DNA of 64,000 nucleotides from assembly GCA_965112155.1 (NCBI GenBank), contig OZ218098.1. The stretch is one strand, 5' to 3'. Below the pieces are notes generated by a model that saw only the letters and a program-made list of their open reading frames with translations, had not been told where the DNA came from and searched no databases. Within the stretch, counting starts at the first letter, position 1. Every line of letters starts with the position of its first letter. The position numbers were made by a program, and so were the translations under genes. The stretch is from Podarcis liolepis (lineage: Eukaryota). This document shows positions 1-12,730 of this stretch, piece by piece.

Positions 1-94
1 GCAGTGCTAGGCAGTTTGCCCTCCAGTCAAAGAATCATGAGCAATATATTTTTGCATGTGGGTGTCTCAAGTTCATACACTCTAAACAACCAAA

Positions 95-273
95 GAGGAA
101 CCGTAACTCAGTGGCAGAGAGCTCCTACTTTGCATGCCCCAGTTTCAATCCTTGGCATCTCCAGGAAAGGCAGCTAAAGACTTCCTTCTGAAAACCTGGA
201 GGTCCACTGCCAGTCAGTATAGAAAATATTGAGCTGGATGGCCTGATTCAGTATAAGGCACTTTCCTATGTTA
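95..273 (+). mobile_element. tRNA-derived SINE with CR1-like 3' tail
   Basis: A-box-like GTAACTCAGTGG, B-box-like GTTTCAATCC, 3' end ...CAGTATAAGGCACTTTCCTATGTT; related head at ~6775-6845. Confidence 0.7.
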
Positions 274-320
274 CCAGAAACACATGTTATGCTAAGAACA
301 TTCCATCTAAATATTGAATA

Positions 321-546
321 CAGTGGTACCTCAGGTTACATATGCTTCAGGTTACAGACTCCGCTAACCTAGAAATAGTGCTTCAGGTTAAGAACTTTGC
401 TTCAGGATAAGAACAGAAATCGTGCTCCGGCAGCACAGCAGCAGCAGGAGGCCCCATTAGCTAAAGTGGTGCTTCAGGTTAAGAACAGTTTCAGGTTAAG
501 AATGGACCTCCGGAATGAATTAAGTACTTAACCCGAGGTACCACTG
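321..546. mobile_element. Tc1/mariner (Tigger/pogo-like) MITE
   Basis: TIRs CAGTGGTACCTC...GAGGTACCACTG flanked by TA; internal CAGGTTAAGAA repeats; several copies in window. Confidence 0.9.
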
Positions 547-704
547 TAATTGACTCCAGATGCAATTGGACTACAACTCCCATCAGCCCTGAATATTTGT
601 CATGCTGGCTGTAGCTAATGGGAACTGGAGTCCAACTATATCTGGAAGATCACAGGTTAACTACTCCTTTTTCATCCCCAGGCAAATGTGTGTACTGAAA
701 ATGT

Positions 705-1655
705 TAAGAACACAACAAGACCTGCTGGGTGAGGCCAATAGCCCATCTAGTCCAGCATCCTTTTCTTACAGTGGACAACCTGACGTCTGCAAGCAGGACT
801 TGCATACAGCAGCGCTCCCCCCCCCCCCGCCGCCCCACTTGTGATTTCCATCAACTGGTATTCAGAGGCATACTGCCTCCAACAGTGGAAGCAGAACACG
901 GCCATCGTGGGTAGTAGTCTCCGAAAAAATTTACACATCACTTGGGAAGACAGGCGAACTAATATCAGTGTACTGGAAGAAGCAAAGATCACCAGTTTTG
1001 AAGCAGTGATTCTTCAACACCAACTTCGTTGGGCTGATCATGTTGTGCAGATGCCTGATGATCGTCTTCCAAAGCAACTACTCTATTCCGAACTTAAAAA
1101 TGGAAAGCGTAATGCTGGTGGTCAACAAAAGAGGTTTAAAGAGTGTCTCAAGGCAAATCTTTAAAAATATAGTATAAACACTGACAACTGGGAAACACTG
1201 GCCTGCGAGCGCTCCAGTTGGAGAACAGCCTTTACCAAAGGTGTCATGGGCTTTGAAGACACTTGAACTCAGGACGCAAGGGAGAAATGTGCTAAGAGGA
1301 AGGCACGCTTGGCAAATCCACACTGTGATCAACTCCCGCCTGGAAACCAATGTCCCCACTGTGGAAGGACGTGTGGATCCAGAATTGGCCTCCACAGTCA
1401 CTTACGGACTCATTGTTAAAACCGTGTTTATGGAAGACAATCTTACTCGGCTACGAGTGATCGCCAAAGAAGAAAAAGAAGAAGTATCTTGCATAAAATT
1501 TGTCTTATCCTCTTTTAAAGCTATGCAGGTTGGTGGCCATCACTACATCTCATGCACACAAATTCTATAGTTTAAATGTGTGCTGTGTGAAGTACTTTCT
1601 TTTGTCTGTCCTGAAGCCTCCAATACTCAGCTTCACTGTATGACCCTGAGTTCTA
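705..1655 (-). mobile_element. CR1-type LINE 3' fragment, split by an RTE insertion
   Basis: Resembles reversed squamate CR1 3' end (…CCATCTAGTCCAGCATC…, …TCCTCTTTTAAAGC…TGTGTGAAG…) on both sides of 918-1484. Confidence 0.65.
918..1484 (+). mobile_element. RTE-clade LINE 3' fragment (ORF C-terminus with two in-frame stops, C2H2 finger, (GAA)n tail)
   Basis: ITWEDRRTNISVLEEA..QLRWADHVVQMPDDRLPKQLLYSEL..GKRNAGGQQKRFKE; read-through gives CPHCGRTCGSRIGLHSHLRTH; tail AGAAGAAAAAGAAGAAG. Confidence 0.9.
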
Positions 1656-4001
1656 TTAAATATTGAGTTCTATTAAATATTCCAAGACAGCAACCATCTC
1701 CTTTCACTTCCTTGCTGCCCAAACCTGAGCTGCTTGCTTGCTTAACATGACATAACTGCCTCTGGCATCCCATGTATGACTGAAGGGACAGTGACCAGAA
1801 TGAATGGGGTGGTGTTGCCTTTATTCCCTTACTTGTGTCTAAAGCAGTAGGAGAAAAATTATCTTCAAATAGTGCCACCTTGTGGGGACATGCCATTTTT
1901 AACCTTATGCTAAAACTACAGGAAACTTCCATTACTTTCCAAAGTTTGCAAAGAACAGGTCACATAGCACTCAAATCACAAAAGAGCTCCAAGAGCTGCA
2001 TCCACCATGCCCAAGTTTCCCCTTGGCCATGTAATATCTGAATATCAGTTCAAACAATCCTGAGACAGCTCAGCTCTCATAAATAATCATTGATTGTGGA
2101 AGTGTTCAGACTGAATGGGTGAGTTGAGGAAGGTGAATTGCTTGAGATGGCAGTAGGTCCACCTCTCTGGGCTTAGAAAGAGTGAATATGTCTATTCTAA
2201 TATTACACTATTGTTATTTGCAAGAGTTGGGCTGGTGTGGAGGATTTTGTTCCATCTGAACTGGGCCTGAAGCAGACATTTTAGTGCCTGGTACACATAA
2301 TGAACAAAGTAATAACTGACAGCCTTTTGTGTTTAGCCCTCTAATCTGGCATCTTAACTGAGACAGACCACTTCAGTCTACCTAATGGTAGGGCTGGCCC
2401 TGATGAGATTTTCCTCACGAAAAGAGGCACTTGAGAGCAGTGCCCCATAAATTTCTGGGAATGTAAGTTGACTGCTATTCATACTGTGGTCACTGTGAAT
2501 CAGTGTTTGTGCATTCGGCTGTGCCATCATTTACAACACGTCTCCACTGGCTCTGCCTTGTCATTCCATCGAGGCTCATTCTCAGCGCAGCTTTACCACA
2601 TCGAAGAACAACACAACCAAAAACAAATACAGCTAAAATCACACCAGTCCAGCAGAAACATACAACAGCAGAGCTCATCAAAATCTTGTGACCTAGTGAA
2701 GTCGGTACAAGAGCAGAAGACCTGGTCAAAATCCTTGCAGCTGCATTTTATTTATTCAGTAAATTATCAAAACAGAAAAGAATTTATAAGCACAGGATAC
2801 AGAGGAATTTATATGCCCGTGAAAACACAAAAGGATACTAAAAAGAAGGTGAAACAAATGCTTGCCTTACAAAGAAAAAGTGTTCAGCTGATGATAAAAA
2901 TTATCAGCGAAGGGGTAATATAAACCCCTCAGGGCACTGAGCTCCTTAATTTGGGTGTTTCCATAGAAAAGGCCCTTACCTTTGTTGCCACTGGCCTCAT
3001 CTCTGTCAGTGATGGGGCATAAAAAATTATTATTATTTAGTAAACAAAATGTATATACCACTGGATTCTTTTTTAAAAAAACCTCTAAGAGGTTTACAAA
3101 AAATATAAAACAAAACTTTAAAATTATATTAAAAACCAGTATTTAAAATATTCAGAAGACTGCAGTACTTTTTATTAATAATATTAAGTCCATTAATTGA
3201 TTAGCCTTCTATCCTACTCCGAAAAGAACCCAGGGTAGGAAACAGCCAAACAATGCAGTTTATACAATAATAAAATATACATTTAAAAACATCTGAAAAC
3301 TTTTTTAAAAACCATCTCATCTTCACAGCTAATAAATTCAAGGTGCCAGAATGCTTATATTTCATTCAGTCCTACTATTAGACAGGGTGAGATGACCACC
3401 TCAGACGGCAAGGATGAGGACATGGCAGTGGCAACCCCCTACCTGTTCCCCTCTCTTGGAGAATAAAACTGCCACATGGTCTAACCTGGGCCCCTACTGC
3501 CTCAGGTGCAGCGGAGGATGCTATCTCCAGTTTTGAAGAAAGATTCAACTGCCACTCAGGTTGGCTTTTGTACATGGAATGGGCATGGGGCGCCATTTTG
3601 TTCTTCAACTCAGGCAGCAGAATGACTTGGGCTGGCCTTATATACTTCTGGAAAAAGAGTCAATTGGAGAAGTACCTTAGCAGAAGTTATTAAAGCATGG
3701 GCAGGCTGGAGTGAAAACAGCTCCTCCATCTGGTGTTTGAGTCCTTCAAGAAGTTAGAAACTCAGATACATAAACTAGGAGCCAGATGGCACCTCAAACC
3801 TGGGTTATGGTAACCACAGCAGAATGTCTATTTGCCAGGGGCTTGGGCTAGATGACCCTCAAAGTCCCTTCCAACATTACAATTCTATTATCTCAACTAC
3901 GTTGCTTGACTGAAGCTTGCTTTTACTATTCCCTTGCCCCAGTATGCAAGAAGGAGAAACACACACATGGTATTAACAATGGACTAAGGCAGAGGTTTTT
4001 A

Positions 4002-4787
4002 TTTATTTATTTATTTTATAAAATATTTATTGCAATTTTATAAAGAACAAATAAACCACCAAACATATAAAATACCATCACCATACACACAGAAAGTTGA
4101 AACAAAATTAAGAAATAAATAAAGAGTAAAAGAAAGATACATATAGAATACAGTTTTCATATATCATATTTTCATAATCTTTGGACTTCCTCACATCACC
4201 CTTCCCTGTGTTCTCAGTTACCAAGTTATAGACAGCAATTTATTAACTTATTTCAATTCATATTATATAAGTTTCAAATATTATGTCCCCAATTTCAAAT
4301 ACCTTTATCCTAAATTAAACTGCTTGATTTAACCACAATATTACTTCAAATTTCATCACTTCCTTATAGTCTGACTTATTCTCTTATGTCTTACAACAAG
4401 ATTTGCTGATGCCATGTTACTTTCAATCGTGCATTCTCCTAACATTCATACAATTTATAGTGTTTTTGTAGATAGTCTTTAAATTCTTCCAGTCCTCTTC
4501 CACCGTCTCTTCTCCCAGGTCCCGAATTCTGCCAGTCATTTCCGCAAGTTCCATATAGTCCATCAGCTGCGTCTGCCATTCTTCCAGTGTGGGTAGATCT
4601 TGAGTCTTCCAGTGCTTTGCAATAAGTACTCTTGCTGCTGTTGTTGCATACATAAAGAAAGTTCTGTCCTTCTTTAACACCCCTTGGCCGACAATGCCCA
4701 AAAGGAAGGCCTCTGGTTTCTTAAGGAAGGTATACTTAAATACCTTTTTAAACTCATTATAGATCATTTCCCAGAAAGCCTTGACAG
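4002..4787 (-). mobile_element. 5'-truncated L1-clade LINE (ORF2 C-terminus + 3'UTR)
   Basis: ORF 4423..4767 (KKPEAFLLG..YATTAARVLIAKHWK..PTLEEW); (TAAA)n tail; 15-bp TSD AGGCAGAGGTTTTTA at 3987-4001 and 4788-4802. Confidence 0.9.
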
Positions 4788-6559
4788 AGGCAGAGGTTTT
4801 TAAACTGGCTTGATGGAGATGTCAATCGCCAGCCTGGTGCCCAGAATTCTCCACGTAGTCGCAATTGGACCCATGCCAGTAGCAAAATGTGCCTGGCACC
4901 CCGGGAATTTCTAACGCTGCCTTCAAGTATTTGACATTTTGAATCCAATGAAGTTTTTGAATGTGCTGAGGGGGCCCACAGTGGGAGCGCCTCCTGTCTC
5001 CTACCTTGCCACTTTTAAAATAGCTCTGCTTCAGTGATACAAAAGGCACAATTTTAAATGTGCATATTTTCAAACGAATTCACATACATGTATAGCATGC
5101 CGCTTTAGGGAGATCCCCTGAGCTTTCAGCCAGTGACTAAATACTTCAGAGAAAACACTCTGGTCTGGTTCTACAAACAGTCAGGCAATTATCTTACATG
5201 GCAGATGATGACGGTCAGGAAGAAGTGAAACCCCGCCCCTGTCCTCCTTCCAAACATGGATAGGATCAAGCTCCAAAACGAATTCCTCATGTGTAAATGC
5301 AGCAAAAAATGTGGGATAAAATAGAGGACTATACTGTCTTTTATATTTCAGTGTTTGGGTTTAAGGAGGCACATTTTAGGAAGGAAGGCAAGGTGCATAT
5401 TAGTATAAAATGTGCCTTGTAAGTGCTTAATGGGGATGATGGGGATGTTTGCTTCCCCTAATACTCTGAAATAAAATGTTACTTTCAAGTCAAGTCTGCT
5501 CATGTACTAGACACCATGACTTTGTGAGTGGGGGCACCATTTGCTGCTCTGACTCAGCCACATCACATTCATGCCATACATTTAAAGTGCAGGATTTCCT
5601 TCAAAGGATCCTGAGGAACATAGCTCTTGGGAGGGGTGAACTACAGTTAACAGGATACTTTGTGGGGTGCCATGTGCTTTCAATGTATGCCATGGATGTG
5701 GACTCGTTCAGCAAAATGGTTTCGGCTGGGTCTGGACATCCTGGGCAACAGGAAGATGTCGCAATTCCAAAATTGTCAGGCTTAAGCCTTCTGCAGGCTA
5801 GGTCTCCAAGCACTGCTGAGGAATACTGCAGATCAGAGTCAAAGTCCCTGATGAACCAATCTCTATGTGCCAGGGCAAGGGCAGACTGTTGTGTAGAAAA
5901 TTCTCCCTAAATTTTTTTTTGAGGTGTGCCTACATGACCTCTGGGGTTCTGGTCCAAATGCCATCCAGGCCATAAAATCCTGCATTAAGGTGGGGGGGGG
6001 GGACACACCTCCTGAAAGATACAGCAAACTTAATTTCCTGCCCTGAACTCTGGGCAGAGAATTGCCAGCCATTTCCCCCCACTAAACAACTACCGCCGGC
6101 CACCCCTGAGAGAGAGAGCTCCATTGCTCAGGCAGGTCAATGTGAGGTCTGTGTTCACTCTGTACAGCACTTATGAGTAAATACACTAACCATGCAGTAT
6201 GGATTATTCTGTCTGCTTCACTTTGTACAGTTGTTTAGGGGTTCCTGGTAACCTGCCAGCGCTGCTCTTCTACAAGCAGTCATGTCCTATCACTAGCAAT
6301 AACTGAACGTCCCCAGACTGTAAACCTAGAGGCAGCGGCTGGAGGTCATTTACCCAAAGGGTTAATGATAGGGCTGCAAGGCATTCTCTTTGCAGTCTTG
6401 GCATGCCTGTAAACTGGTGGTTGTTAGTTTTATAGGGGGTGGAAATAGGATTTTCTTTATGGCTTTGACAGGAACTCCCATCATGGCATAATTATAGAAG
6501 TAAAAGAAGGTTGAGAGTAATGAATACCATATGCTCCAGTAAAAATGAATAGCTAAGAG

Positions 6560-6601
6560 GTGTGTGCGTGTGTGGGTGTGTGTGTGTGTGTGTGGGTGTG
6601 G

Positions 6602-6650
<49 letters not shown>
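6560..6650. repeat. Compound (GT)n(GA)n microsatellite
   Basis: Directly visible. Confidence 0.95.
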
Positions 6651-6653
<3 letters not shown>

Positions 6654-8150
6654 TGTATGTATCCATGTCATAGACAGGCAATCATGGAATTATATTTGAA
6701 ATTTTAAATCATGGCTGCATAGCAAAAATTAATAATGAAGGGTTGGGTATTTAAACAAATGTAAGATGCTTTAGGGAAAGGCTGTAGCTCAGCGGTAGAC
6801 CATCTGCCTTGTGGAAGGTCCCAAATTCAATCCCCAGCATCCTGCCAAAAGAAGAAGATGCCCTGCAAAGCTCACAAAAGATACAGCAAAAAAGTTGAAA
6901 TTCTAGGACAACAGACTGTATCTGATGACAAGAAGGTGGGGGAAAGGGAAGAAAAGAACCGGTCAGGAATATATACATGGCATTTTATTTAGAAATGTAC
7001 ATAGGATAATATGTATAACCTGTATAACTTACTTTTTTAAAAAAAATAAGGACTTACTAGAGAAAAATAATTGCTTATGTCTTCATTACCTATATACACT
7101 TGGCACCAGCAGGCATTTAAAGGTTAAAAAAGAAGGAACATGCTGAATCTCTATTGGCAGAGCATCCCACAAGACTGGGCTGATGACAGGCTCAGTTTCT
7201 TGTGGCTGTCAGATGAGACAGATTCCTCCTATATTCCTAGGTGGCAGCTATGACGCTCGCTCAAAATTCTAAATATGCCCACAGCCCGGAAAGGTTAGTG
7301 ACCCTTGCTCTAGGGATAGCGCAAGTCAGAAACTGGCAATTAAACATCAGACAGAGAAGGCTGCAATGGCAATGCGCCAAGTGCATGAAAAAGGTCTAGA
7401 TTAGAGAACAACAAGCATGTTGTGGGACAGAGAGCTAGCATCAAATCTGAAAGCAAGTAGTTTTTGAAGTCTAGTGGCAGAAACAGGAGTCCTCAGAATA
7501 ACTAAGGAATAGGTTTCAACTTCCAATGAGGTACACACGTGCTCCAGAACATGGACATGGAAAATGACAGGAAGCCTGGAAGAAACACATTCTCCAGCAC
7601 TTGCCCCCACCTGATCAAAAATGCTAAATTTGGATAATAGTTAAAAGGCAGCCAGTAATTTTTCCAGCAGTGGACACTTCTGTTTATATAAAAATGCATC
7701 AATCATTTTCCCAGAAAGCTCAAAATAGTAAACAAAAATAAGTGGAATCTAAAAACATGATTAAAAAAAAATACTTAAACCTGAAATTGTTTAACTTGTG
7801 ATGCAAACATGATGTAAAATGGTTAATCATCACACATAAGCAGAGCAGGCGAACACATGTAATCATCATCATCATCCAGCATAATTTTTCAGCACCACCA
7901 ATGGAAAATGTACAAACACTGACCAAGCTTCTCCCAAATGAATCAAGAAACAGAAGGATAACATGAACAAATAATATTTTACATAATGAAAATCTTTCTC
8001 ATACCATGGTATAGTCTGGAGGTACATGAGGCTAACAGCTTGCTACAGCTAAGCAAATCCAGGTCTGGTCAATGTTTACATAGGCGACTGCCTGAGAACC
8101 TCATGTGCACTAGCTTAGGTTCCATGAGCAAAGAAAGGTGTGTGCATGTA

Positions 8151-8378
8151 CAGTGGTACCTTGGTTTAAGAACAGCTTAGTTTATTAACAACTTGGATTA
8201 AGAACGCTGCAAACCCGGAAGAAGGTGTTTTGGTTTGTGAACTTTGCCTTGGAAGCAGAACATGTTCCGCTTCCTGCTGAGTGTAAATTGAGTCCCCCGC
8301 TGCTGTAGAAAAGCATGCCTTGGTTTAAGAACACTTTGGTTTAAGAACAGACTTCTGGAATGGATTAAGGTACCACTG
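8151..8378. mobile_element. Tc1/mariner MITE (related subfamily)
   Basis: TA-CAGTGGTACCT...AGGTACCACTG-TA. Confidence 0.85.
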
Positions 8379-8638
8379 TAATTACTAAAGTGAATTGCCT
8401 CCTCATCTGCAACCTGCACAAGAGGAGAGGATCTCTGATGGTTTTGGTGTTAGGCTATTCTCGTAAAATAATCATGCAAAGTTCAAAATTATCCCACCTC
8501 AAACCTCCAAAACTGGATCTGGTCATGGATGTTAATGCATACTTTACTTGCTGTTGGAGATATTCCCCTCAGTGTAAAGGCACTACCTCTTGAGCAGGGA
8601 GAGGTGGTCAATAGTATCAACTGAGTGGGAAATGAGTA

Positions 8639-8877
8639 CACTGGTACCTCGGGTTAAGTACTTAATTCGTTCTGGAGGTCCATTCTTAACCTGAAACTGT
8701 TCTTAACCTGAAGGACCACTTTAGCTAATGGGACCTCCTGCTGCCGCTACGCCGCCGCACGATTTCTGTTCTTAACCTGAAGCAAAGTTCTTAACCTGAA
8801 GCACTATTTCTAGGTTAGCGGAGTCTGTAACCTGAAGCATATGTAACCTGAAGCGTACGTAACCTGAGGCACCACTG
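8639..8877. mobile_element. Tc1/mariner MITE, same family as 321-546, inverted
   Basis: Reverse complement of 321-546; TA flanks. Confidence 0.88.
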
Positions 8878-9978
8878 TACAGCATGTTTCTCTCAGAACA
8901 GAACTATTTTATTTATGTTTATACTGCCCTACACACATAATCATACACATTTTTTACAAATCTAGTTCTGTCTACTGCAGGCAATGGAGATACCAAACCA
9001 ATTTGCAACCCTTTCCATCTGATGCCTGCTCCATTTTACAGGGGCAGGCTGCCAGGATTTGTGATGCGATGAGAAACAGCGCTGAGAAGCAGCACAGTGG
9101 GGGACGTGATGCAGGGAATTTTCATGGGCTCCCATAAACATCTGAAGATTTGCCTTGTGGAAGATAGCTGTCATGCTGAGGCATAGCACAGGTGCGAAAC
9201 ACAGGCACTGCTCCGCAGGACATGGCATGTGTGCAAAAGTGACCTCTTCCCTTTGCTGGTGTCTGCTAAAATCCATGCTTCCCATCATGCACATGGTGTG
9301 TCATTTCCCATGAGTGCCTGCCTGTTTCTGCCATCTGCTGTGATTTATTGAAAATGGGCAATGATTAATAGCTTAGTCAATGCCGAATGAAGCCATTTTC
9401 TTTCATTTACCTGCTCCCTGACCTCCCTCTGCAGTCCCAGACAGGAGCTAGGGAAGTGTATTAATCATGCACTTAAAAATATTTAGAAAGGGAGATTGGC
9501 TTGGAGCCCAGTCCTCTCCCCCCACATACTTCCCTTAATGGACTTGCTTTCTACTGAGGGTGTATGCTAATTGTCAGGTACCAAAAAAAGGACTCTTTGA
9601 AATGTAAACGAGTCACTGGAGGTATTGCTTTTTTGATGGTCTAAATCCAAGCTCACTCTGGGACTCTCTGCAAAATATATGTTTTAAAAACAGTGACAAA
9701 CAGTGGGAGGCAGTCAAATACAAACATGCATACGGAGTTTGAGACTATTGGGAGGTATTCCAAAAAAGTGGGGGCAAAGACCAACGAGGGTGGTTACGTA
9801 TGGGATAAAGCTGGAGTTGATTGAAAAAAGGCTTTGAGGTTGTTGTGGATAATCAAAGTGAAGTACGTGATGCTGTGTATTAAATGGAAGATCCAGAGTT
9901 ATTACACTTCTCTCCCCACTGCCCACCTGGGAGTTGCCAAAGAAACTCCCCCTGCAAAAAAAAAGTACCATTGGGGCT

Positions 9979-9980
<2 letters not shown>

Positions 9981-10025
<45 letters not shown>

Positions 10026-10340
10026 TTTATTATTTATACCCTACCCATCTGGCTGGGTTGTCCCAAACACTCTGGGCAGCTTCCAACAAAATATTAAAAA
10101 CACAATAAAACCTCAAACATAAAAAACTTCCCTGTACAGGGCTGCCTCCAAATGTCTTCTTAAAGTCATATAGTTGTGTATCTGTTTGGCATCTGATGGA
10201 AGAGTATCCCCACAGGGCACAACTACCGAGAAGGCCCTCTGCCTGGTTCTCTGTAACCTCACTTCTAGCAGTGAGGGAACTATCAGAAGGCCTTTGAAGC
10301 TGGACCTCAGTGTCTGGGCTGAACAGTGGGGGTGGAAATG
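9981..10340 (-). mobile_element. L2 LINE 3' fragment with (AAT)15 microsatellite at its tail
   Basis: Reverse complement of the 41515-41862 element (AAGGCCCTCTGCCTGGTT…AACCTCACTTC); (AAT)15 at 9981-10025. Confidence 0.85.
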
Positions 10341-12249
10341 CCTACCAAATGTTCTGCAGGAGTCAGGCCTATTTTAACTGCCAAGTATATGGCTCCATAA
10401 AGTTGCTTTCTAAAATTAAACTGCAAGGAAAAAGGAATTTTGCCTCTTTAAGAAACAAAAAATGACTGCAGAGCAATAGCATTGGTGGATGAGTTGAAAT
10501 GCAAAGTTTACTCTTGTTACTCACATCTTTAACAGCAATAATGATGGAGCAGCCATATTGGTGAAATGGGAAGGTGCCAGGCCCTTCCTGCCACCTGCCC
10601 AAACCAAAAACCTCATTTATTGGGATCTTACAACAGTGGCTTCCAGTGAGATCTCATGAACTCTTGCAAGATCTTGCCGGAAGCATGTCCTAAATGAAAA
10701 TACTTTCCCCCGTCCACAAAAAAATTGTTTTTACAATGTTTTTAGGATTTTGTTTTAAATATATTTTTTATTGTTTCATTACTTATTTGTCAGCCTGGGC
10801 TTCTTTGAAAGGAAGGGTGGGATATAAATTTAATAAATAAACAAATGCATATCAAGGATTTTATGCATAATCTTCTCCCTGTTTTGTTGCCTGGGTCTAC
10901 AGATAGGGAGTTCATCTGATCTTCCAATGCATTTCAGTGTGATTGCCTTGTCTTTTTCTTCAGAGTTGATAACCACTGGAGGGCTATTGGACTGGTCTTT
11001 TGTAAGCTGTGCCTGTGTCCACATGTCCATTTCTCAATGGCAGTCTCCACATCAGCCACAGGAGGGGGGGAACCCCACAGAATATTCCCTGCTTGTTGGA
11101 GACCAAAGCTTTGTTGACAGCTTAATTAACTGTGTTCGTAATGAATTTTTTAGCCACATGTGACTGAGTAATTATCAAACAAGCCCTAATCTCTTTCCCA
11201 ACACATCAAAGTAGTACGAGCTCAAATAACTGTTTAGACCTATCTTAGATAGCATTCTTTGCATGCTAATTCTAATATAATTAAAAATAAGTCAGGGCTC
11301 AGGTAATTATGGAAGGTGCTTACGCAGCATAGCAATACAACATGAGCCTATGTTTTTCATGATTAAGGCATTAAGATCTTAGTTAATCAAGAAAGTTTCC
11401 AAACACTTTTGGGGGGGGGGAGGGGATAATAATAATACAGCCTCTCAGCGGACCCTTGAAAGGTTGTCAATTGCCCAAAGTCAGTATTCCCAAATTTGTC
11501 ACTTCATCTAAACTCATAAATTGTTTCTGAAAGGGGAGAGGGAAAGGTACTACATTTTTCTAATATTGCTATGGAGGCTGACCAATTTTGCAAAGACCTG
11601 ACTGGTCTAATACTGCTTTGTGGTATGTCTCCTTTGACGAAACCACAGGGGACCAGATCAAACATCTCAGAGAAGACACACACAAAGCCCAGTATCAGAG
11701 TTCCCAGGTTGCATTATAATGAGCACTCTTAAACTGAAGAAGCAGCAACCCATATTTCTGTAAATGTAAAGTGGTTAGCTTTACCATGTCATTAAAAGGG
11801 GGGGGGGCATGATCCAGCCCAAAGTCAAGTACCTGGGGAGCCTCAATTATTTCAATAACAGAGAGGAAATTGTGTGCTTAAATCTCTCACACTGAAATCA
11901 GTGGGGCTTAGAAGTGCTTAACGTCCCCAGGATTCAAGCGTAGTTCATTGGCCCTCATCCAGTCCATCACTGCATTCGGACACCAATCCACAGGTTCCAC
12001 ATGTGCCTGATGCAGCAAGCTCTTCTTACATTCTTATGCTTGCAGGCAGAATATATTTTATTTATTTTATAAAATGTATAATTTTATAAATTTATAATAC
12101 TACTTTACTGCCTGAAAGCCCAGAAGCAATGCACAAGTTAGAAATGAGATACAAAAAGCTGCAAGTTCTAAAAGCAATTAAAACTGTTCCTACAAATTCT
12201 AGAAAGTATAACACCATTTCTACGGATGTACAATAAATGTTCAATAAGC

Positions 12250-12730
12250 AACTCATTCTGACATCATCAGTACTCAAGGGTCACTTCCGACAAATTCCGC
12301 TTGAAAAACGATTATGTCCACGTGGAGATGGCAGTATCAAATCTGCAGCGCATGTACTCCTAGCTTGCTCTCTTTATAAAGATCTGCTTAACAAGGTTAT
12401 TACCCCTCTTCTATCATCCATACCAGGTTGTTCATCCACTGCCACAGTGTCCTCCCTTCTTGCAGACCAAGATTACCAGGTGACAGCAAACATGGCAAAA
12501 AAATCAGATGGGGCAATTAGAATTAGATCTACCATCTGACTAACCCGGTTAATGCCTAGTAAAGAAACCCACTCATTCATATTTTTTACTTGTGGTCAAG
12601 GACAGTTATTAACTCCCTTATTTGTAAAGTTGTAAATTTTCAGAACGCATTTTGTATAGCCAACCATCTAGCTATATCTGTATTTGATTGTATTTGATTC
12701 CTTTGCTATGGGCTCATGGCTTGTTAAACT
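12250..12730 (+). mobile_element. Degenerate non-LTR retrotransposon 3' end (RTE-X-like, decayed CCHC knuckle)
   Basis: ORF 12237..12539 GHFRQIPLEKRLCPRGDGSIKSAAHVLLACSLY. Confidence 0.6.

Noticed and set aside
95-165. tRNA-like sequences (also ~6775-6845 and ~15273-15320)
   Set aside because: Degenerate SINE heads with no complete cloverleaf; not tRNA genes
321-546. Regularly spaced CAGGTTAAGAA repeats resembling a CRISPR array
   Set aside because: Subterminal repeats of a TA-flanked MITE in a vertebrate genome; spacers identical between copies
2468-2923. 151-aa plus-strand ORF
   Set aside because: Low-complexity Q/K-rich antisense shadow of the minus-strand TM-like segment; no ATG start
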